43,129 nt of DNA from Thermoanaerobaculales bacterium (GCA_024763555.1 JANTFG010000003.1:1-43129); one strand, 5' to 3'; shown: positions 1-9,944, counted from the first letter of the stretch. A program made the numbers and translations. Notes: generated from the letters alone by a model not told the origin.

Positions 1-164
1 GACGGGATTGAAACGCTGTGCGGTCCGTTATCTTTCCTGATTGCAGTATTTTAAGACCCATATCACCCTGCGGTAGCCACGCTCTGAAGAAGTTTGAGGG
101 GTGAAGTTAGAAGTTTGAAGAGGGCAGCAAGCCCCGCTCCCCACCCGGCCCAAGGCATGAACAC

Positions 165-322
165 ATTTTCACGCAAAGCTCGCAAGGATCGCAAAGAGAA
201 GGCAGAACACATCAAGGCAGAAGACATTTTTCAGGCAGGGCTCGCGGAGATCGCAGAGCCTTCCCCCCTCCCGAAGGCAGGAACACAGTTTTTCACGCCA
301 AGTTCGCTAAGGACGCAAAGGG
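165..322 (+). repeat. Degenerate 9-mer repeat clusters (CGCAAAG/CGCAGAG type)
   Basis: tttcacgcaaagctcgcaaggatcgcaaag; ctcgcggagatcgcagag; tttcacgccaagttcgctaaggacgcaaag. Confidence 0.6.
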
Positions 323-519
323 AAAGCAGAGGCGGGCCATCGGTCCTGGGCCTGCTTCGCAGTCGATGCCGGTCGAGGCTTGACTGTCGGAGAACAAGCT
401 CTCCTCCAGCAAAGGCATCGATCGGCAGTCCTCTTCCCTTCGGGATCGGACAAAGGACCGAAAGCCCCGGAAGAGGCCGCCCTTCCAGGCGGAGAAATGA
501 AAGCCTCGACTTCTTTTTC

Positions 520-659
520 CAGGGGTGCCGCTTACGATGAAACAGGACGAATCGTTTCACCCAGGCCACATAGCTTTGCTCGGTTCTATAGCTGAGATGA
601 CGAATCCTTGCGGCGCCTCTGACATGGCCAAGAAGATGAGGACGCCGCGCTGCGGGCAA
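520..659 (-). pseudogene. intI: Integron integrase N-terminal fragment (truncated after ~46 codons)
   Basis: PHLLGHVRGAARIRHLSYRTEQSYVAWVKRFVLFHRKRHP matches the IntI N-terminal SAM-like motif. The frame then runs into unrelated sequence with no catalytic domain. It is divergent from the cassette array. Confidence 0.85.
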
Positions 660-714
660 CGTGTTTGCGCACGCAACTTATGCTCCTTTCGCAGTATGGG
701 CGGGAAGCTAAGCA

Positions 715-811
715 CATGATATCATGATAGTTGGACGGAAATGAGAACATGACGCATGAGACGCTGCTGTGTTACAACACGTCACTTCGGACGTATAATT
801 AGTAGTTCGCC
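715..811 (+). promoter_or_regulatory. attI-like site with embedded promoter (GTTACA-17bp-TATAAT), crossover G805|TT
   Basis: GTATAAT-TAGTA-GTTCGCC simple site next to intI. The first cassette starts TTCGCCGT and ends with the complementary ACGGCGAAC. Confidence 0.75.
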
Positions 812-818
812 GTAGGAG

Positions 819-1097
819 ATGATGAACCCGAAAGAGAAAGCCATTCTTGATCGCATCAAACATATTGAGGATGCGATCGTCAAAGGTCGTGAGTATCTCG
901 AGACTGGAGCCCACGCGGATTGGCATGGGTTTCGGCCCTTGTTTGTTGACAAAATTAGAGACGGGAAGGTTCTGCCTCCCCACAAGGACTGGGTCAAGAA
1001 CGCCTGGCTTCCTCATCAAGAGAAGAAACTCAGGGAAGCGCATAGAACTCTAGAGAAACTGACTCAGAAGAACAAGGAACGGCGAACAAAGACCTGA
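819..1097 (+). CDS. Hypothetical protein, cassette 1
   Basis: AGGAG RBS; ORF fills the space between attI and the first attC. Confidence 0.75.
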   Translation: MMNPKEKAILDRIKHIEDAIVKGREYLETGAHADWHGFRPLFVDKIRDGKVLPPHKDWVKNAWLPHQEKKLREAHRTLEKLTQKNKERRTKT

Positions 1098-1150
1098 ACC
1101 TTACAAGAAATAGCTGCGCCATTTTTTGAAGGTTAGGTCAGACGTTAGGG
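1081..1150 (+). other. attC site
   Basis: GGCGAAC..GACCTGAACCTT / AAGGTTAGGTC..GTTAGGG, imperfect palindrome with an extrahelical base. Confidence 0.85.
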
Positions 1151-1164
1151 CGCCGAGCATTTTC

Positions 1165-1494
1165 ATGACGTCGATTTTCCTCTTTGCCTCGATCATGGGG
1201 TTCGTTCTTCTCGTCGTGGTGCCGGCGGCGGGGATCATCAAGGATAGAACCAATACTCGAAAGGAAATTGAGCTCTGGGCCTCTGCTCACAGCTACGAAC
1301 TACTTCAAGTCGACGTTCCGTGGCTCCCGTTTGATTCTCCCCTACCAAGGAAACTCACAGATGGAAGAGTGGGGTTTGGCAATATCGAGATTCGGGACAG
1401 GATCGGTCGAGTGCGAAAAGGCGTGATCCAGATCTCGGGGATAGGACTCAGCCGCATTCCGAAGAGAATTCAGGTCAGATGGGTCGATCAGTAG
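1165..1494 (+). CDS. Hypothetical membrane-anchored protein
   Basis: N-terminal hydrophobic helix; ATG 1165 chosen because it lies downstream of the attC. Confidence 0.6.
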   Translation: MTSIFLFASIMGFVLLVVVPAAGIIKDRTNTRKEIELWASAHSYELLQVDVPWLPFDSPLPRKLTDGRVGFGNIEIRDRIGRVRKGVIQISGIGLSRIPKRIQVRWVDQ

Positions 1495-1530
1495 CTGTTC
1501 CGTTTCTTTCTCAACTGAGAATCACACCCT

Positions 1531-1789
1531 GCCCAACGAACAAGGACAAATCCTGAGAGCGAAGCGAACCGCGATCTTATCCAGTTGTTGAACGAGCCCG
1601 GGCGGTCTGGCGGGGGCCCGGATGTATAGCAAATATCTTTTTTGGTTTCTGGTCCTGGCTCATGACCAATGCGCTCATACTCCTTGCCTGGCGCCCGCAT
1701 ACCAACTATAATTTCCTGCGAAATGAAAGGTGCGGAAACCTAAGCATGAAAAGCCTTTATAGCCTCAGAGTGCGAATCAAAAATTAGGC
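1531..1789 (+). repeat. Compound repeat type A (attC-A + leader + attI-like end)
   Basis: GCCCAAC..CGATCTTATCCAGTTGTTGAACGAGCCCGGG..AAGCATGAAAAGCCTTTATAG..GCGAATCAAAAA|TTAGGC. Confidence 0.9.
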
Positions 1790-1827
1790 CGCCATATTCT
1801 CCTCGCGATTTCTGGAGGTAGCCCACT

Positions 1828-2439
1828 ATGAGAAACAAACAAGGAACTAGATTCATCTCGACGGTAGGGTTTGTGGCCTTCGTCCTGTTGATTGGAATCA
1901 TGGTTGGAGCCTCCCAGTCTCCAATCGCGGGAACCGTCGTCACTGCGATTTTTGGTTTAGGAGCTGCCGTTCTTGAACTCTCAAAACCTGAAGAAACCAG
2001 ACCCGGTTTGCAAATCAAAAAGGGTGCAGCGGGAGCATTATTGCTCCTATTCGTCGTGTCTTTCTCTCCCGGAATTGTGATTGGAGCGAAGATCCGAGCC
2101 TCGGGATGGCCGCGCACAGAAGCTCCCCCAATCGAGTTCCCCTGGGGCGAAGCAAAACCACCGGAGGATCCCCTGAACGCTCTTGACTGGGTATTGATCA
2201 ACTCGAACCTTTTGGAACTCGGCTATTCGCAAGAACAAATCCGCGCCCTCTATCAGATTCAGGTCCTAGCTTGGGAATCCAATGGGGGTGAAAGCCCTCC
2301 GGGGAACATGCTTCGGATCGAACCGCTTTCAAACCTCTTTTCTGCAAAACCGGCTGAGGGCGGCGACTCGCAGGGAGGGTTGATAGCAAAGGAAGACGGC
2401 GGTCCTAAGCTCTGGAGTAATCAAGAGACCTCAGGCTAG
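1828..2439 (+). CDS. Hypothetical membrane protein (~3 TM)
   Basis: GGAGG RBS; hydrophobic segments. Confidence 0.7.
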   Translation: MRNKQGTRFISTVGFVAFVLLIGIMVGASQSPIAGTVVTAIFGLGAAVLELSKPEETRPGLQIKKGAAGALLLLFVVSFSPGIVIGAKIRASGWPRTEAPPIEFPWGEAKPPEDPLNALDWVLINSNLLELGYSQEQIRALYQIQVLAWESNGGESPPGNMLRIEPLSNLFSAKPAEGGDSQGGLIAKEDGGPKLWSNQETSG

Positions 2440-2518
2440 GTCGTGAACAGCGAACACTAACCACAGATGACATTTTGTACGTCCGACAAACAACTTCCCT
2501 GCAAACCCTTACGCGCTG

Positions 2519-2646
2519 GCCTAACGAGGCGCGGTGGGTGACCGGTACTCGTGTCGATCACATTGCTATTTCGGCCTTCGGCCGGCAGTGTGCGCGCCAC
2601 GTTGGCCTTCGGCCAAACGCACCGGCACCTGAGCTTAACGTTATCC
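2519..2646 (+). other. attC site (long type, related to 6217-6348)
   Basis: GCCTAACGAGGCGC..GTTATCC. The next cassette starts TTATCC and ends GGATAAC. Confidence 0.65.
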
Positions 2647-2657
2647 AGGAGAATCAT

Positions 2658-3044
2658 GTGGCGAATATTCCACTAAGCCAACTGCGGGAGATGTTTGATG
2701 GGATGAGTGCAAAGACTGATTGGGCTGTGTATGGGGAGATGCTCTGGGGTTATTTCTTCACGGACCGAGATCCCAAGAAGCTGCAGGACGCCGCAGCGCA
2801 GCTGTCTGCGGACGACTATCGGGTCGTGAGCATCTATGAGACAGATGACAAGAGTACATACTTTCTCCACGTTGAGAGAATCGAGTCTCACACTCCTGAA
2901 ACCTTAAATGTCCGAAACAAAGAGCTCAATCAACTGGCAGAAGAACTCAAAATCGATACCTATGACGGCATGGACGTTGGCCCAGCAAGTATCGTCAAAG
3001 TCACCAAGCCTTGGTGGAAGTTCTGGTCATCAAGCAGAGGATAA
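2658..3044 (+). CDS. RraB (RNase E inhibitor) domain protein
   Basis: WGYFF..LHVERIE..YDGMDVG pattern; GTG start after AGGAG. Confidence 0.7.
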   Translation: MANIPLSQLREMFDGMSAKTDWAVYGEMLWGYFFTDRDPKKLQDAAAQLSADDYRVVSIYETDDKSTYFLHVERIESHTPETLNVRNKELNQLAEELKIDTYDGMDVGPASIVKVTKPWWKFWSSSRG

Positions 3045-3107
3045 CAATTGCCTGGTAGGGCTTGGCTACCGCTCCGCTGTAGCCAGCCCCAGAGGCCCCA
3101 GTTATCT
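3039..3107 (+). other. attC site
   Basis: GGATAAC..GGGCTTGGCTAC / GTAGCCAGCCC..GTTATCT. Confidence 0.8.
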
Positions 3108-3116
3108 GGAGAAGTC

Positions 3117-3635
3117 ATGACGAGAGATCAGTTCTGGAAGATCGTTGCTGACACTTGCCGCTCGGATCCCCGCTCTGCTGAAGAGTGGGATACAAAGCTA
3201 ACCGATTCGCTGGCTACTTTGCCTGCGAATGAAATCGTTGAATGGGATCACATTTTTGATGACCTCGCAAAACAAGCCTATCGCACTGACCTTTGGGCTG
3301 CGGCATACCTCATAAACGGCGGAGCATCGGATGACGGATTCTACTATTTTCGCTGCTGGCTCATCGGTATGGGCAAAACAATCTACGAAAACGCGATTGC
3401 CAATCCAGACAGTCTTGCTGAAGTTGTGTCACCTGATTGGTTTTCTGAAGGAATTGATGCTGAGGCTGAGATATACGCTGTGGCCCACTTGGCATGGATG
3501 CAAGTCACTGGCAATGACTACGACGCAGACTACCCAGCTCGTAATGAATCTGTGGAGTTGGTCGGCGATGACTGGGATTTCGAAAACGACAGTGAAATGG
3601 AAAAACGCCTGCCTCGACTGGCGGCATTGTACTAA
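3117..3635 (+). CDS. DUF4240 domain protein
   Basis: FWKIV..LWAAAYLINGGASDDGFYYFRCWLI..RLPRL signature. Confidence 0.9.
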   Translation: MTRDQFWKIVADTCRSDPRSAEEWDTKLTDSLATLPANEIVEWDHIFDDLAKQAYRTDLWAAAYLINGGASDDGFYYFRCWLIGMGKTIYENAIANPDSLAEVVSPDWFSEGIDAEAEIYAVAHLAWMQVTGNDYDADYPARNESVELVGDDWDFENDSEMEKRLPRLAALY

Positions 3636-3668
3636 GAGTTATGACATGTTTGCGCGCATATTCGAGAC

Positions 3669-3749
3669 AAATAACAAAGCCGTAAACACGGACCTGTACA
3701 AGCAGCGGTTCCCGCTGCTCGTACAGTCCGGTTACGGCTGTCGTTAAGC
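3669..3749 (+). other. attC site
   Basis: AAATAAC..GCCGTAAACACGGACCTGTAC / GTACAGTCCGGTTACGGC..GTTAAGC. Confidence 0.9.
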
Positions 3750-3788
3750 CCCAGATCGCCTTCATTGACGCCAGAAAGGCACCCATCT

Positions 3789-4703
3789 ATGACGATTCCT
3801 GATTACCAATCGCTAATGCTCCCGATCCTCGAATTTTCTTCCGATGGACAGGAGCATTCGTTGAGGGAAGTCCGAGAAGCGATGGCAGTTCAATTCGAAC
3901 TGAACTCCGGCGAAATCAAACAATTGCTTCCAAGCGGCAGGCAGCCGGTGTTCAGTAACCGTGTCGCGTGGGCAAAGACGTACCTGCAGCAGGCTGGTTT
4001 GCTGTCTTCGACGCGTCGGGGCTTTTTCATAATCACGGATCAAGGGAAAGAGACAGTTCTTTCAGGACCCGCTGAAATATCCTCGAAGTACCTTGAACGC
4101 TTCGAGAGCTTCCTCGAGTTTCGGAAACGCAGCGGAAAGGCGAAGGATCAGAAACCCATCTCCGATCTAGCCAATGAAGATCCAAGTACTCCTGAAGAAC
4201 AACTCGAAAACGCCTTCCAGCGCCTCAGGGACGAACTCGAGACTGACCTCCTTGACCGGGTTTTGAGTTCGTCTCCAGCCTTTTTCGAACGCCTGGTTTT
4301 GGACCTTTTGTTGCGGATGGGTTATGGCGGTTCCCGCAGAGATGCGGCCCTGGCCTTGGGTCGATCCGGAGATCAAGGAATAGACGGTGTGATCAACGAG
4401 GATCGCCTCGGACTAGATGTGATCTACATTCAGGCGAAACGATGGGAGGGCACGGTCGGGCGCCCAGAGATCCAGAAGTTCGTAGGTTCTTTGCACGGGC
4501 AACACGCGCGCAAGGGTGTTTTCGTAACCACAGGCAGATTCTCGAAAGAAGCCCGCGAATATGTCACGCACATCGATCCAAAGGTTGTGCTCATCGACGG
4601 CGAGCGCCTCGCCGGACTAATGATTGATTTTGATCTCGGCGTTTCAACTGTTGAGTCGTTTGCGTTAAAGAAGACCGACACAGACTATTTCGATGATGAG
4701 TGA
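3789..4703 (+). CDS. mrr: Mrr type IV restriction endonuclease
   Basis: N-terminal IPDYQSLMLP..NRVAWA winged helix; GDQGIDG..IQAKRW catalytic motif. Confidence 0.95.
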   Translation: MTIPDYQSLMLPILEFSSDGQEHSLREVREAMAVQFELNSGEIKQLLPSGRQPVFSNRVAWAKTYLQQAGLLSSTRRGFFIITDQGKETVLSGPAEISSKYLERFESFLEFRKRSGKAKDQKPISDLANEDPSTPEEQLENAFQRLRDELETDLLDRVLSSSPAFFERLVLDLLLRMGYGGSRRDAALALGRSGDQGIDGVINEDRLGLDVIYIQAKRWEGTVGRPEIQKFVGSLHGQHARKGVFVTTGRFSKEAREYVTHIDPKVVLIDGERLAGLMIDFDLGVSTVESFALKKTDTDYFDDE

Positions 4704-4862
4704 GCGCTTTCACAGTACTTTGGCGTGAGAGTTCTTTGGTCTTACAAGGTGTTGTTTCCCTTCGATAGACAGAGTTCAGCGCAGATGATGGACTCGCCTG
4801 CGGCGAGGCTATTTTTTCTAGAAGGGCCGATAAACATCTTCTTTGTAAACTGTTAAGCGAAG

Positions 4863-5125
4863 TCCGAACGAACAAAGATAGATTGTGTGAGTCGGCGAGC
4901 CGCGATCTTATCCAGTTGTTGAACGAGCCCGGGCGTTCTGGCTGGGATCTGGATGTATAGGAAATAACTTCCGTGGATCCCTGTCCCGACTCATGACCAA
5001 TGTACTCCGGCGCACCTCCTTGCCTGGCGCCCGCATACCACCTACAATTTCCTGCGAAATGAAAGGTGCGGAAATTCAAGCATGAAAAGCATTTATAGGC
5101 TTAACGCGGGAATTATGGATTAGGT
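4863..5125 (+). repeat. Compound repeat type A
   Basis: Same attC-A and leader; ends GGAATTATGGA|TTAGGT. Confidence 0.9.
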
Positions 5126-5153
5126 GGAAAGGCAGCTGGAGAGGCACAGGCGC

Positions 5154-5513
5154 ATGAGGACCACAAGTGATGAGCGGATTGCACGGATGACGTTTGCCTC
5201 TGTGTACCCGCATTATGTTTCGAAAATCGAGAAGAAGGGCCGATCGGTAGAAGAGCTACACCAAGTGATTGAGTGGCTGACTGGCTTCAACGAACCCGAA
5301 TTGAAAGACCACATTGCGCAAGGAACTTCGTTTGAGCATTTCTTTCACAAGGCCCGGCTCAATCCGAGCGCACAACTCATCACTGGAGTCATCTGTGGCC
5401 ACCGAGTGGAAGAGATCGAGAACCCGTTGACGCAACAGGTCAGATACCTAGACAAGCTGGTCGATGAACTGGCGAAGGGGAGAAAAATGGAGAAGATCCT
5501 TCGCAGCGGGTAA
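5154..5513 (+). CDS. DUF2200 family protein
   Basis: [35 protein letters not shown]. Confidence 0.92.
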   Translation: MRTTSDERIARMTFASVYPHYVSKIEKKGRSVEELHQVIEWLTGFNEPELKDHIAQGTSFEHFFHKARLNPSAQLITGVICGHRVEEIENPLTQQVRYLDKLVDELAKGRKMEKILRSG

Positions 5514-5539
5514 CCCAGTTCCCCTGTACCCCGTCAGCC

Positions 5540-5602
5540 ACATAACCCGCCGCTGTAGCTGACGAGGCTTCGCCTCACAGCTGACCGGCAACAACCTTAG
5601 AC
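5540..5602 (+). other. attC site (degenerate)
   Basis: ACATAAC..AGCTGACGAGGC TTC GCCTCACAGCT..CTTAGAC. Confidence 0.65.
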
Positions 5603-5623
5603 TTCAGAACGGAGGAACCATCG

Positions 5624-6175
5624 ATGATCCGTCGAACGACACTCGTCCTTTTCGTTTTGCTTCTTGTTTTGTCTCCATCGGCTCCAGCGGACGAGCCCGT
5701 GCTTTCTCAGGACCCATGTGAGGCAGCCGCGCGATACCTTCAGGTGGCTGATTTTTTCTTCTCTTGGGCGTTCGACAATCGAGACGATCCGGTACTTGGT
5801 AGATTCCCATTTCGAGAAACACTCGACGCTGCCGACAGAATCGTTGTTTATTGTCCTTTCGTCGCGCAGATGCACTTTGAAGACCTGGATCCCCGCCTCT
5901 TGCCGTGTTGCTGCTGTCCGCCTGACTACTCTGAGGACCACCAAGCCCCAACATGTGCGCGTCTTTCATTGGTTGTCCGTGAAGAAAAACCGGATTACCT
6001 GAAGGTCAGCTTTGGGATCAGCACCGGGGAGATGCAAGGCACGGCCTATTACTACACCTGCAAATGGACCGAGGGGGATTTGCAAGTCGAGCTTGTCAAG
6101 AGCGTCGTTATGCTGGCGGAGAGCCGCATCGATTGCATCGAAGGACTCGCCTTCGGCGAGGCTGTCTTTTCTTGA
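5624..6175 (+). CDS. Hypothetical secreted Cys-containing protein
   Basis: GGAGG RBS; signal peptide. Confidence 0.65.
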   Translation: MIRRTTLVLFVLLLVLSPSAPADEPVLSQDPCEAAARYLQVADFFFSWAFDNRDDPVLGRFPFRETLDAADRIVVYCPFVAQMHFEDLDPRLLPCCCCPPDYSEDHQAPTCARLSLVVREEKPDYLKVSFGISTGEMQGTAYYYTCKWTEGDLQVELVKSVVMLAESRIDCIEGLAFGEAVFS

Positions 6176-6216
6176 AGGACCAGTAGACATTGTTAACGCA
6201 GGCCCTTGCGCGAAGG

Positions 6217-6348
6217 CCTAACGAGGCGCAGCAGGTGACCGCTACTCGCGTCATCTGCACCGCAATTCTGGCCCCCGGCCAGGCAGTCCAGCTGTGACGT
6301 TGCCCCCAAGCGGGCAAACGTAACGGCCCCTGAGATTAACTTTATGTG
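6217..6348 (+). other. attC site (long type)
   Basis: Homologous to 2519-2646. The next cassette starts TTATGT and ends ACATAAC. Confidence 0.55.
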
Positions 6349-6363
6349 CAAAAAGGAAGAAAG

Positions 6364-6597
6364 ATGAAAGCATACTTGGCAAACACCTTCCCAGACGAAG
6401 AAGGACCAATGGCAGAAGAAGGTAAAACAATTTACATTCATGGAACATTAGAACAACTCCTTGAGCTTTGCAGCTATTTCTCAGAACTAGAAAAACATTT
6501 AAGAGCAAATGAGACATGCCACATGCATTTTCAAGATCATTCTAGAAACTGGAATAAACAAAACTATATAGATGTCGCAATTGATATTGACACATAA
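6364..6597 (+). CDS. Hypothetical low-GC protein
   Basis: AT-rich ORF whose stop codon lies in R'' (ACATAAC). Confidence 0.65.
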   Translation: MKAYLANTFPDEEGPMAEEGKTIYIHGTLEQLLELCSYFSELEKHLRANETCHMHFQDHSRNWNKQNYIDVAIDIDT

Positions 6598-6797
6598 CGA
6601 ATAAGGGTTGATGTCGTGCGAAGCCACGATATCACCTCGTGTTGAACCGACCCGGGAAGGCCTCCTGGGGAATCAAAGAGAACTGAGCGAGCGGGCGCCA
6701 CGATGCGCAGTCACCGCAGAACTTGATGGAAATGTATTCAAGGAAACTCAAGCATGAAAGGCATTTATGACCCAAACGTACGAATCATGGATTATAT
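6592..6797 (+). repeat. Compound repeat type B (attC-B + leader + attI-like end)
   Basis: GGTTGATGTCGTG-CGAAG-CCACGATATCACC hairpin, GTTGAACCGACCCGGG, shared 3' core. Confidence 0.9.
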
Positions 6798-6812
6798 GGA
6801 CCAGAACAAGGG

Positions 6813-7130
6813 GTGGACGTAATCTTCTTCCTCAGGTTCGAGGTTGAACCACTGGTGGGCTCAGCCAACTGGGAGGAGTGCGGCGGGGGCCAGTTCAACT
6901 GCTGGATCAGGGCTGACAACATAGAGGCAGCGCGCAAGCGGGCGCTGGAAGTCATCGAATCGGATAGCTGGGTTCCCCTGCGGGAAGAGGAATCATTGGA
7001 AGTCCCGGATGACCACTACGAACCCGAAGCGCCCGGTCTAACTTACTACGATGAGGCGCAGCGCGATGGCGAGGCGTTTGTTGTCCACACGTGGCCACCC
7101 GATGGTGACGAAGAACAGGCGATCAACTAG
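6813..7130 (+). CDS. Hypothetical acidic protein
   Basis: ORF fills the cassette. Confidence 0.6.
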   Translation: MDVIFFLRFEVEPLVGSANWEECGGGQFNCWIRADNIEAARKRALEVIESDSWVPLREEESLEVPDDHYEPEAPGLTYYDEAQRDGEAFVVHTWPPDGDEEQAIN

Positions 7131-7139
7131 TGAGGCGCC

Positions 7140-7206
7140 ATGTATCGAACAAGGATTGATTGTGTGAGTCCGCGAACCGCAATCTCATCCAGGTGTTGAA
7201 CGAGCC
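7140..7206 (+). repeat. attC-A copy without leader
   Basis: GAACAAGGATTGATTGTG..GCAATCTCATCCAGGTGTTGAACGAGCC. Confidence 0.75.
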
Positions 7207-7563
7207 TTGATGGAGTACCACTTGCGACATGCAACCGGTCCGATGTTGGGATCATTTCTAGACTTCGGCGAGCCCGCCACCGGGCAATGTAGAAAGTCGA
7301 TAACCAGGTCAAGATCACTGCGGCTGTTATGAATCTTAAGCTCATGGCCGACGCTCTCAGGCGAGGCTCGAAGGTCCTTGCCTCCCTTCCGACTTCCCAT
7401 TATCGAATTCTCCACTCGTCTGTGCGCCAACTGGGCCAGCTGGGCACCAAATTTCCCTCGTTTTGTTTTCAAGCACCTCAATTCGTCTGCCTTCCATCCG
7501 GCTATTCTTCTCAGGGCTTTTAGGCCGGCAAGACGGATACGTCCCTATGAATTGGAGGAAGCC

Positions 7564-7998
7564 ATGAAAATCAACTGTCGCCGCGCCTTTGTAGTCGGCA
7601 CGACGTTCCTTCTATCCACGGCCATTTGCGGCCTTCCAGAATGTTCGCCCACCGAGCAGCCGGCGTCATCTAGCGCAGTCGTTTTCCGTGTGGTTGCCTC
7701 TGATCTTCCCAATACCCAGCTTCTTCCCGGCATTCAAGCCTATGGTCTGTCATGTAATTGTGAGCGAACATTTTTGGGAACTACCACTGACAACGGCGTT
7801 GCAATATCTGAGGGGTTGCTTCGAGAAAAGAATATCTCTTTCATTCTTTTTTCGTGCCCTGGTTTTCAAACGGCCGTGGTCGAAACTCAGATTCCCGGAG
7901 ATTTCTCAGGGCACAGTTTTGACGTGGTCGTGATGGCACCGATGCCAATGACCAAATGCCCTGAAAACGCATCTGAAGAAGGAGCCGAAGAGAAGTGA
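7564..7998 (+). CDS. Hypothetical secreted protein
   Basis: GGAGG RBS; signal-like N-terminus. Confidence 0.6.
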   Translation: MKINCRRAFVVGTTFLLSTAICGLPECSPTEQPASSSAVVFRVVASDLPNTQLLPGIQAYGLSCNCERTFLGTTTDNGVAISEGLLREKNISFILFSCPGFQTAVVETQIPGDFSGHSFDVVVMAPMPMTKCPENASEEGAEEK

Positions 7999-8089
7999 TC
8001 AGGGTCAATCCGCCGCAAGGTGCGCGGGTACAATGTTGGAGAGCGACGTCTTTTCAGTTTGCTACCCATTTGTCGCTTGAAAGTAGTGG

Positions 8090-8189
8090 TACGTTGCCCA
8101 CTCAACGTAGAACCTGATGGAAATAGACGTCAAGGAAACTCAAGCATGAAAAGCCTTTATAGGCTAATCGCGCGAATCATGGATTAGAC
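8090..8189 (+). repeat. 3' half of compound repeat type B
   Basis: CACTCAACGTAGAACCTGATG..CAAGCATGAAAAGC..GCGAATCATGGA|TTAGAC. Confidence 0.85.
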
Positions 8190-8273
8190 CTGGACCGCTT
8201 ACGGGCCTTGCGATACCTGAGTCTTCAGTCACGACCTGCAACGCGGTCTCACGATAGGCACCAATCGATACCT

Positions 8274-9071
8274 ATGGGAAGTCGCTGCAAATTCGAAACA
8301 CCTTGGAAGGAGATACCCTCCGATCATAGGACCGGTTTCCTTTCGCAACTGAGGATTGAAACCGACAGCGATCACCATCCCCTTTCTGGAGTCGATGTGA
8401 TACCTGTCGCACATCGGGTAGACCAAGATACGGTTCTGTTTCGTTTCAGAAACCAACCAGAACGACATGCTCAGGTGTTTCTTTGCTGGACTCCCGGTCC
8501 CCCAAGTATCAGCGGATTACCGCACGTAGAGTTTTTCGATTCGTTTGATGATTGGGCCGACTGTGTGATGGCCATTGACGCAGCGAAACCCGAAGAGGGT
8601 CGTGTTTTCACCAGGCTACCGGCAATTCCCTATTCGGCGAAGAATGCCGACGAACCTTTGCAGCCGATGTCCGAACAGATAATCATGTGGATCGGCATCA
8701 CATTCGTCCTTGGTGGCATGTGGGGAGTGGCGTCCTTCGTTGGCTTTTCGTTGGCCTTGCTTGTGCCCTTGATAGTACTCGTAGGCCTCGGGGTTCCTCT
8801 CAGGCTTCTCAACAGGAGAGAAGTAGTTTATGCGGTTCTTGGCCCGAGGAACGCGACCTTCTTTCTCGCAAACGGAACGGTCTCGAGCTTCAAGTTTCGC
8901 AGTACGAAGGTCAAGTGGACGCCGGCGTTGTCGATTCTGACGGGTCGATTGCTGAAACTAATTGACACTAAATCAGGGAATTGGGTGAGTTTTTCCGCCG
9001 GATTCCCTGGGCTGCGAAAGCTCTCTTCCCAATTCACGCATGTCCAATCTGATGAGCCTCGTTCTCGATAA
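8274..9071 (+). CDS. Hypothetical membrane protein (start uncertain)
   Basis: Long ORF with two TM helices. Confidence 0.6.
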   Translation: MGSRCKFETPWKEIPSDHRTGFLSQLRIETDSDHHPLSGVDVIPVAHRVDQDTVLFRFRNQPERHAQVFLCWTPGPPSISGLPHVEFFDSFDDWADCVMAIDAAKPEEGRVFTRLPAIPYSAKNADEPLQPMSEQIIMWIGITFVLGGMWGVASFVGFSLALLVPLIVLVGLGVPLRLLNRREVVYAVLGPRNATFFLANGTVSSFKFRSTKVKWTPALSILTGRLLKLIDTKSGNWVSFSAGFPGLRKLSSQFTHVQSDEPRSR

Positions 9072-9119
9072 CGAAGCACGGTGTTCGGGTTGCCCGTGGT
9101 TTTCCGAGGCAACGAATAG

Positions 9120-9328
9120 GGATAACGAAAAAGGGTTGAAGTCGTGCGAAGCCACGACATCACCTCGTGTTGAACCAACCCGGGAAGGCCTCTTGGGGAA
9201 TCAATGAGAATTGAGTAGGAGCGAGTGCCACGGTGCTCACTCAACGCAGAACTTGATGTAGAGGAACTTTACGGAAACTTAAGCATGAAAACCATTTATA
9301 GCCTAAGCGCGCGAAACATGGATTAGGC
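9120..9328 (+). repeat. Compound repeat type B
   Basis: As 6592-6797; ends GCGAAACATGGA|TTAGGC. Confidence 0.9.
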
Positions 9329-9360
9329 CTTCGAGCGAGCTGGATTCGTATGGAAACTCC

Positions 9361-9822
9361 ATGATCATTGAATGCCCACATTGCCACAAGAAAATCCTCC
9401 CGAACGACGATGGTCTTTGCCCGTCGTGCGGAAGATCTCCTCAGGACCTTCAGGGGGCTCGGCCGGAACTGACCAGCATTGAGATTGGAGGGAAAATGGA
9501 CTTTCCCGACTGTTGTTCCTTGTGCGGTCAACCTTCAACGCGCAGGGTGAAAGTCAGTTCCACAAGAGAAATTGGCGGGGAAAGCATTTTTGTGAAGATC
9601 ATGCTTGGGTTCTTCAGAGTTCCGTTCTTTTCGGCGATTGCCGGAAGAGGATTTGGCCAGCGTCAGGCCGTCACGATACACCTGCCTCAGTGCAAATCTT
9701 GCTCCCGTACAGAGGGAAAAATCAGCCCGAAGTACATAGATTTCGGAAGAGGGACGATGACGTTTGTGGTTCACGAAATATTTGCAAAGCGCGTTCGGGA
9801 TTCTTTGAGGAGGACCAAGTAA
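9361..9822 (+). CDS. Hypothetical protein with CxxC zinc-ribbon motifs
   Basis: CPHC, CPSC, CSLC, CKSC. Confidence 0.7.
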   Translation: MIIECPHCHKKILPNDDGLCPSCGRSPQDLQGARPELTSIEIGGKMDFPDCCSLCGQPSTRRVKVSSTREIGGESIFVKIMLGFFRVPFFSAIAGRGFGQRQAVTIHLPQCKSCSRTEGKISPKYIDFGRGTMTFVVHEIFAKRVRDSLRRTK

Positions 9823-9944
9823 CACCTCTGGCGTGGAGCTATCAAGGGGAAAATGGACTCCCCTCCGGCGAGACTGTTCTTCCTTGCAATTGTTCTTTGT
9901 CACAAGTCAACGCTTGACATTTCATACCTCATAGAAGGCAGTCT

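Noticed and set aside
94-540. 148-aa plus-strand ORF and the C-terminal part of 231-659
   Set aside because: They span 9-mer repeats, have biased composition and show no recognisable domain.
1735-1770. Sigma70 promoter in the conserved core (TATAGC/TAGCCT)
   Set aside because: No convincing -35 box at 16-18 bp, so it is left as a hypothesis and not annotated.
1531-1789. Group IIC-attC intron or IS1111-attC remnant
   Set aside because: No RT or transposase ORF, no recognisable domain V or subterminal IRs, and the leader follows an intact attC rather than interrupting it. Not excluded without a database search.
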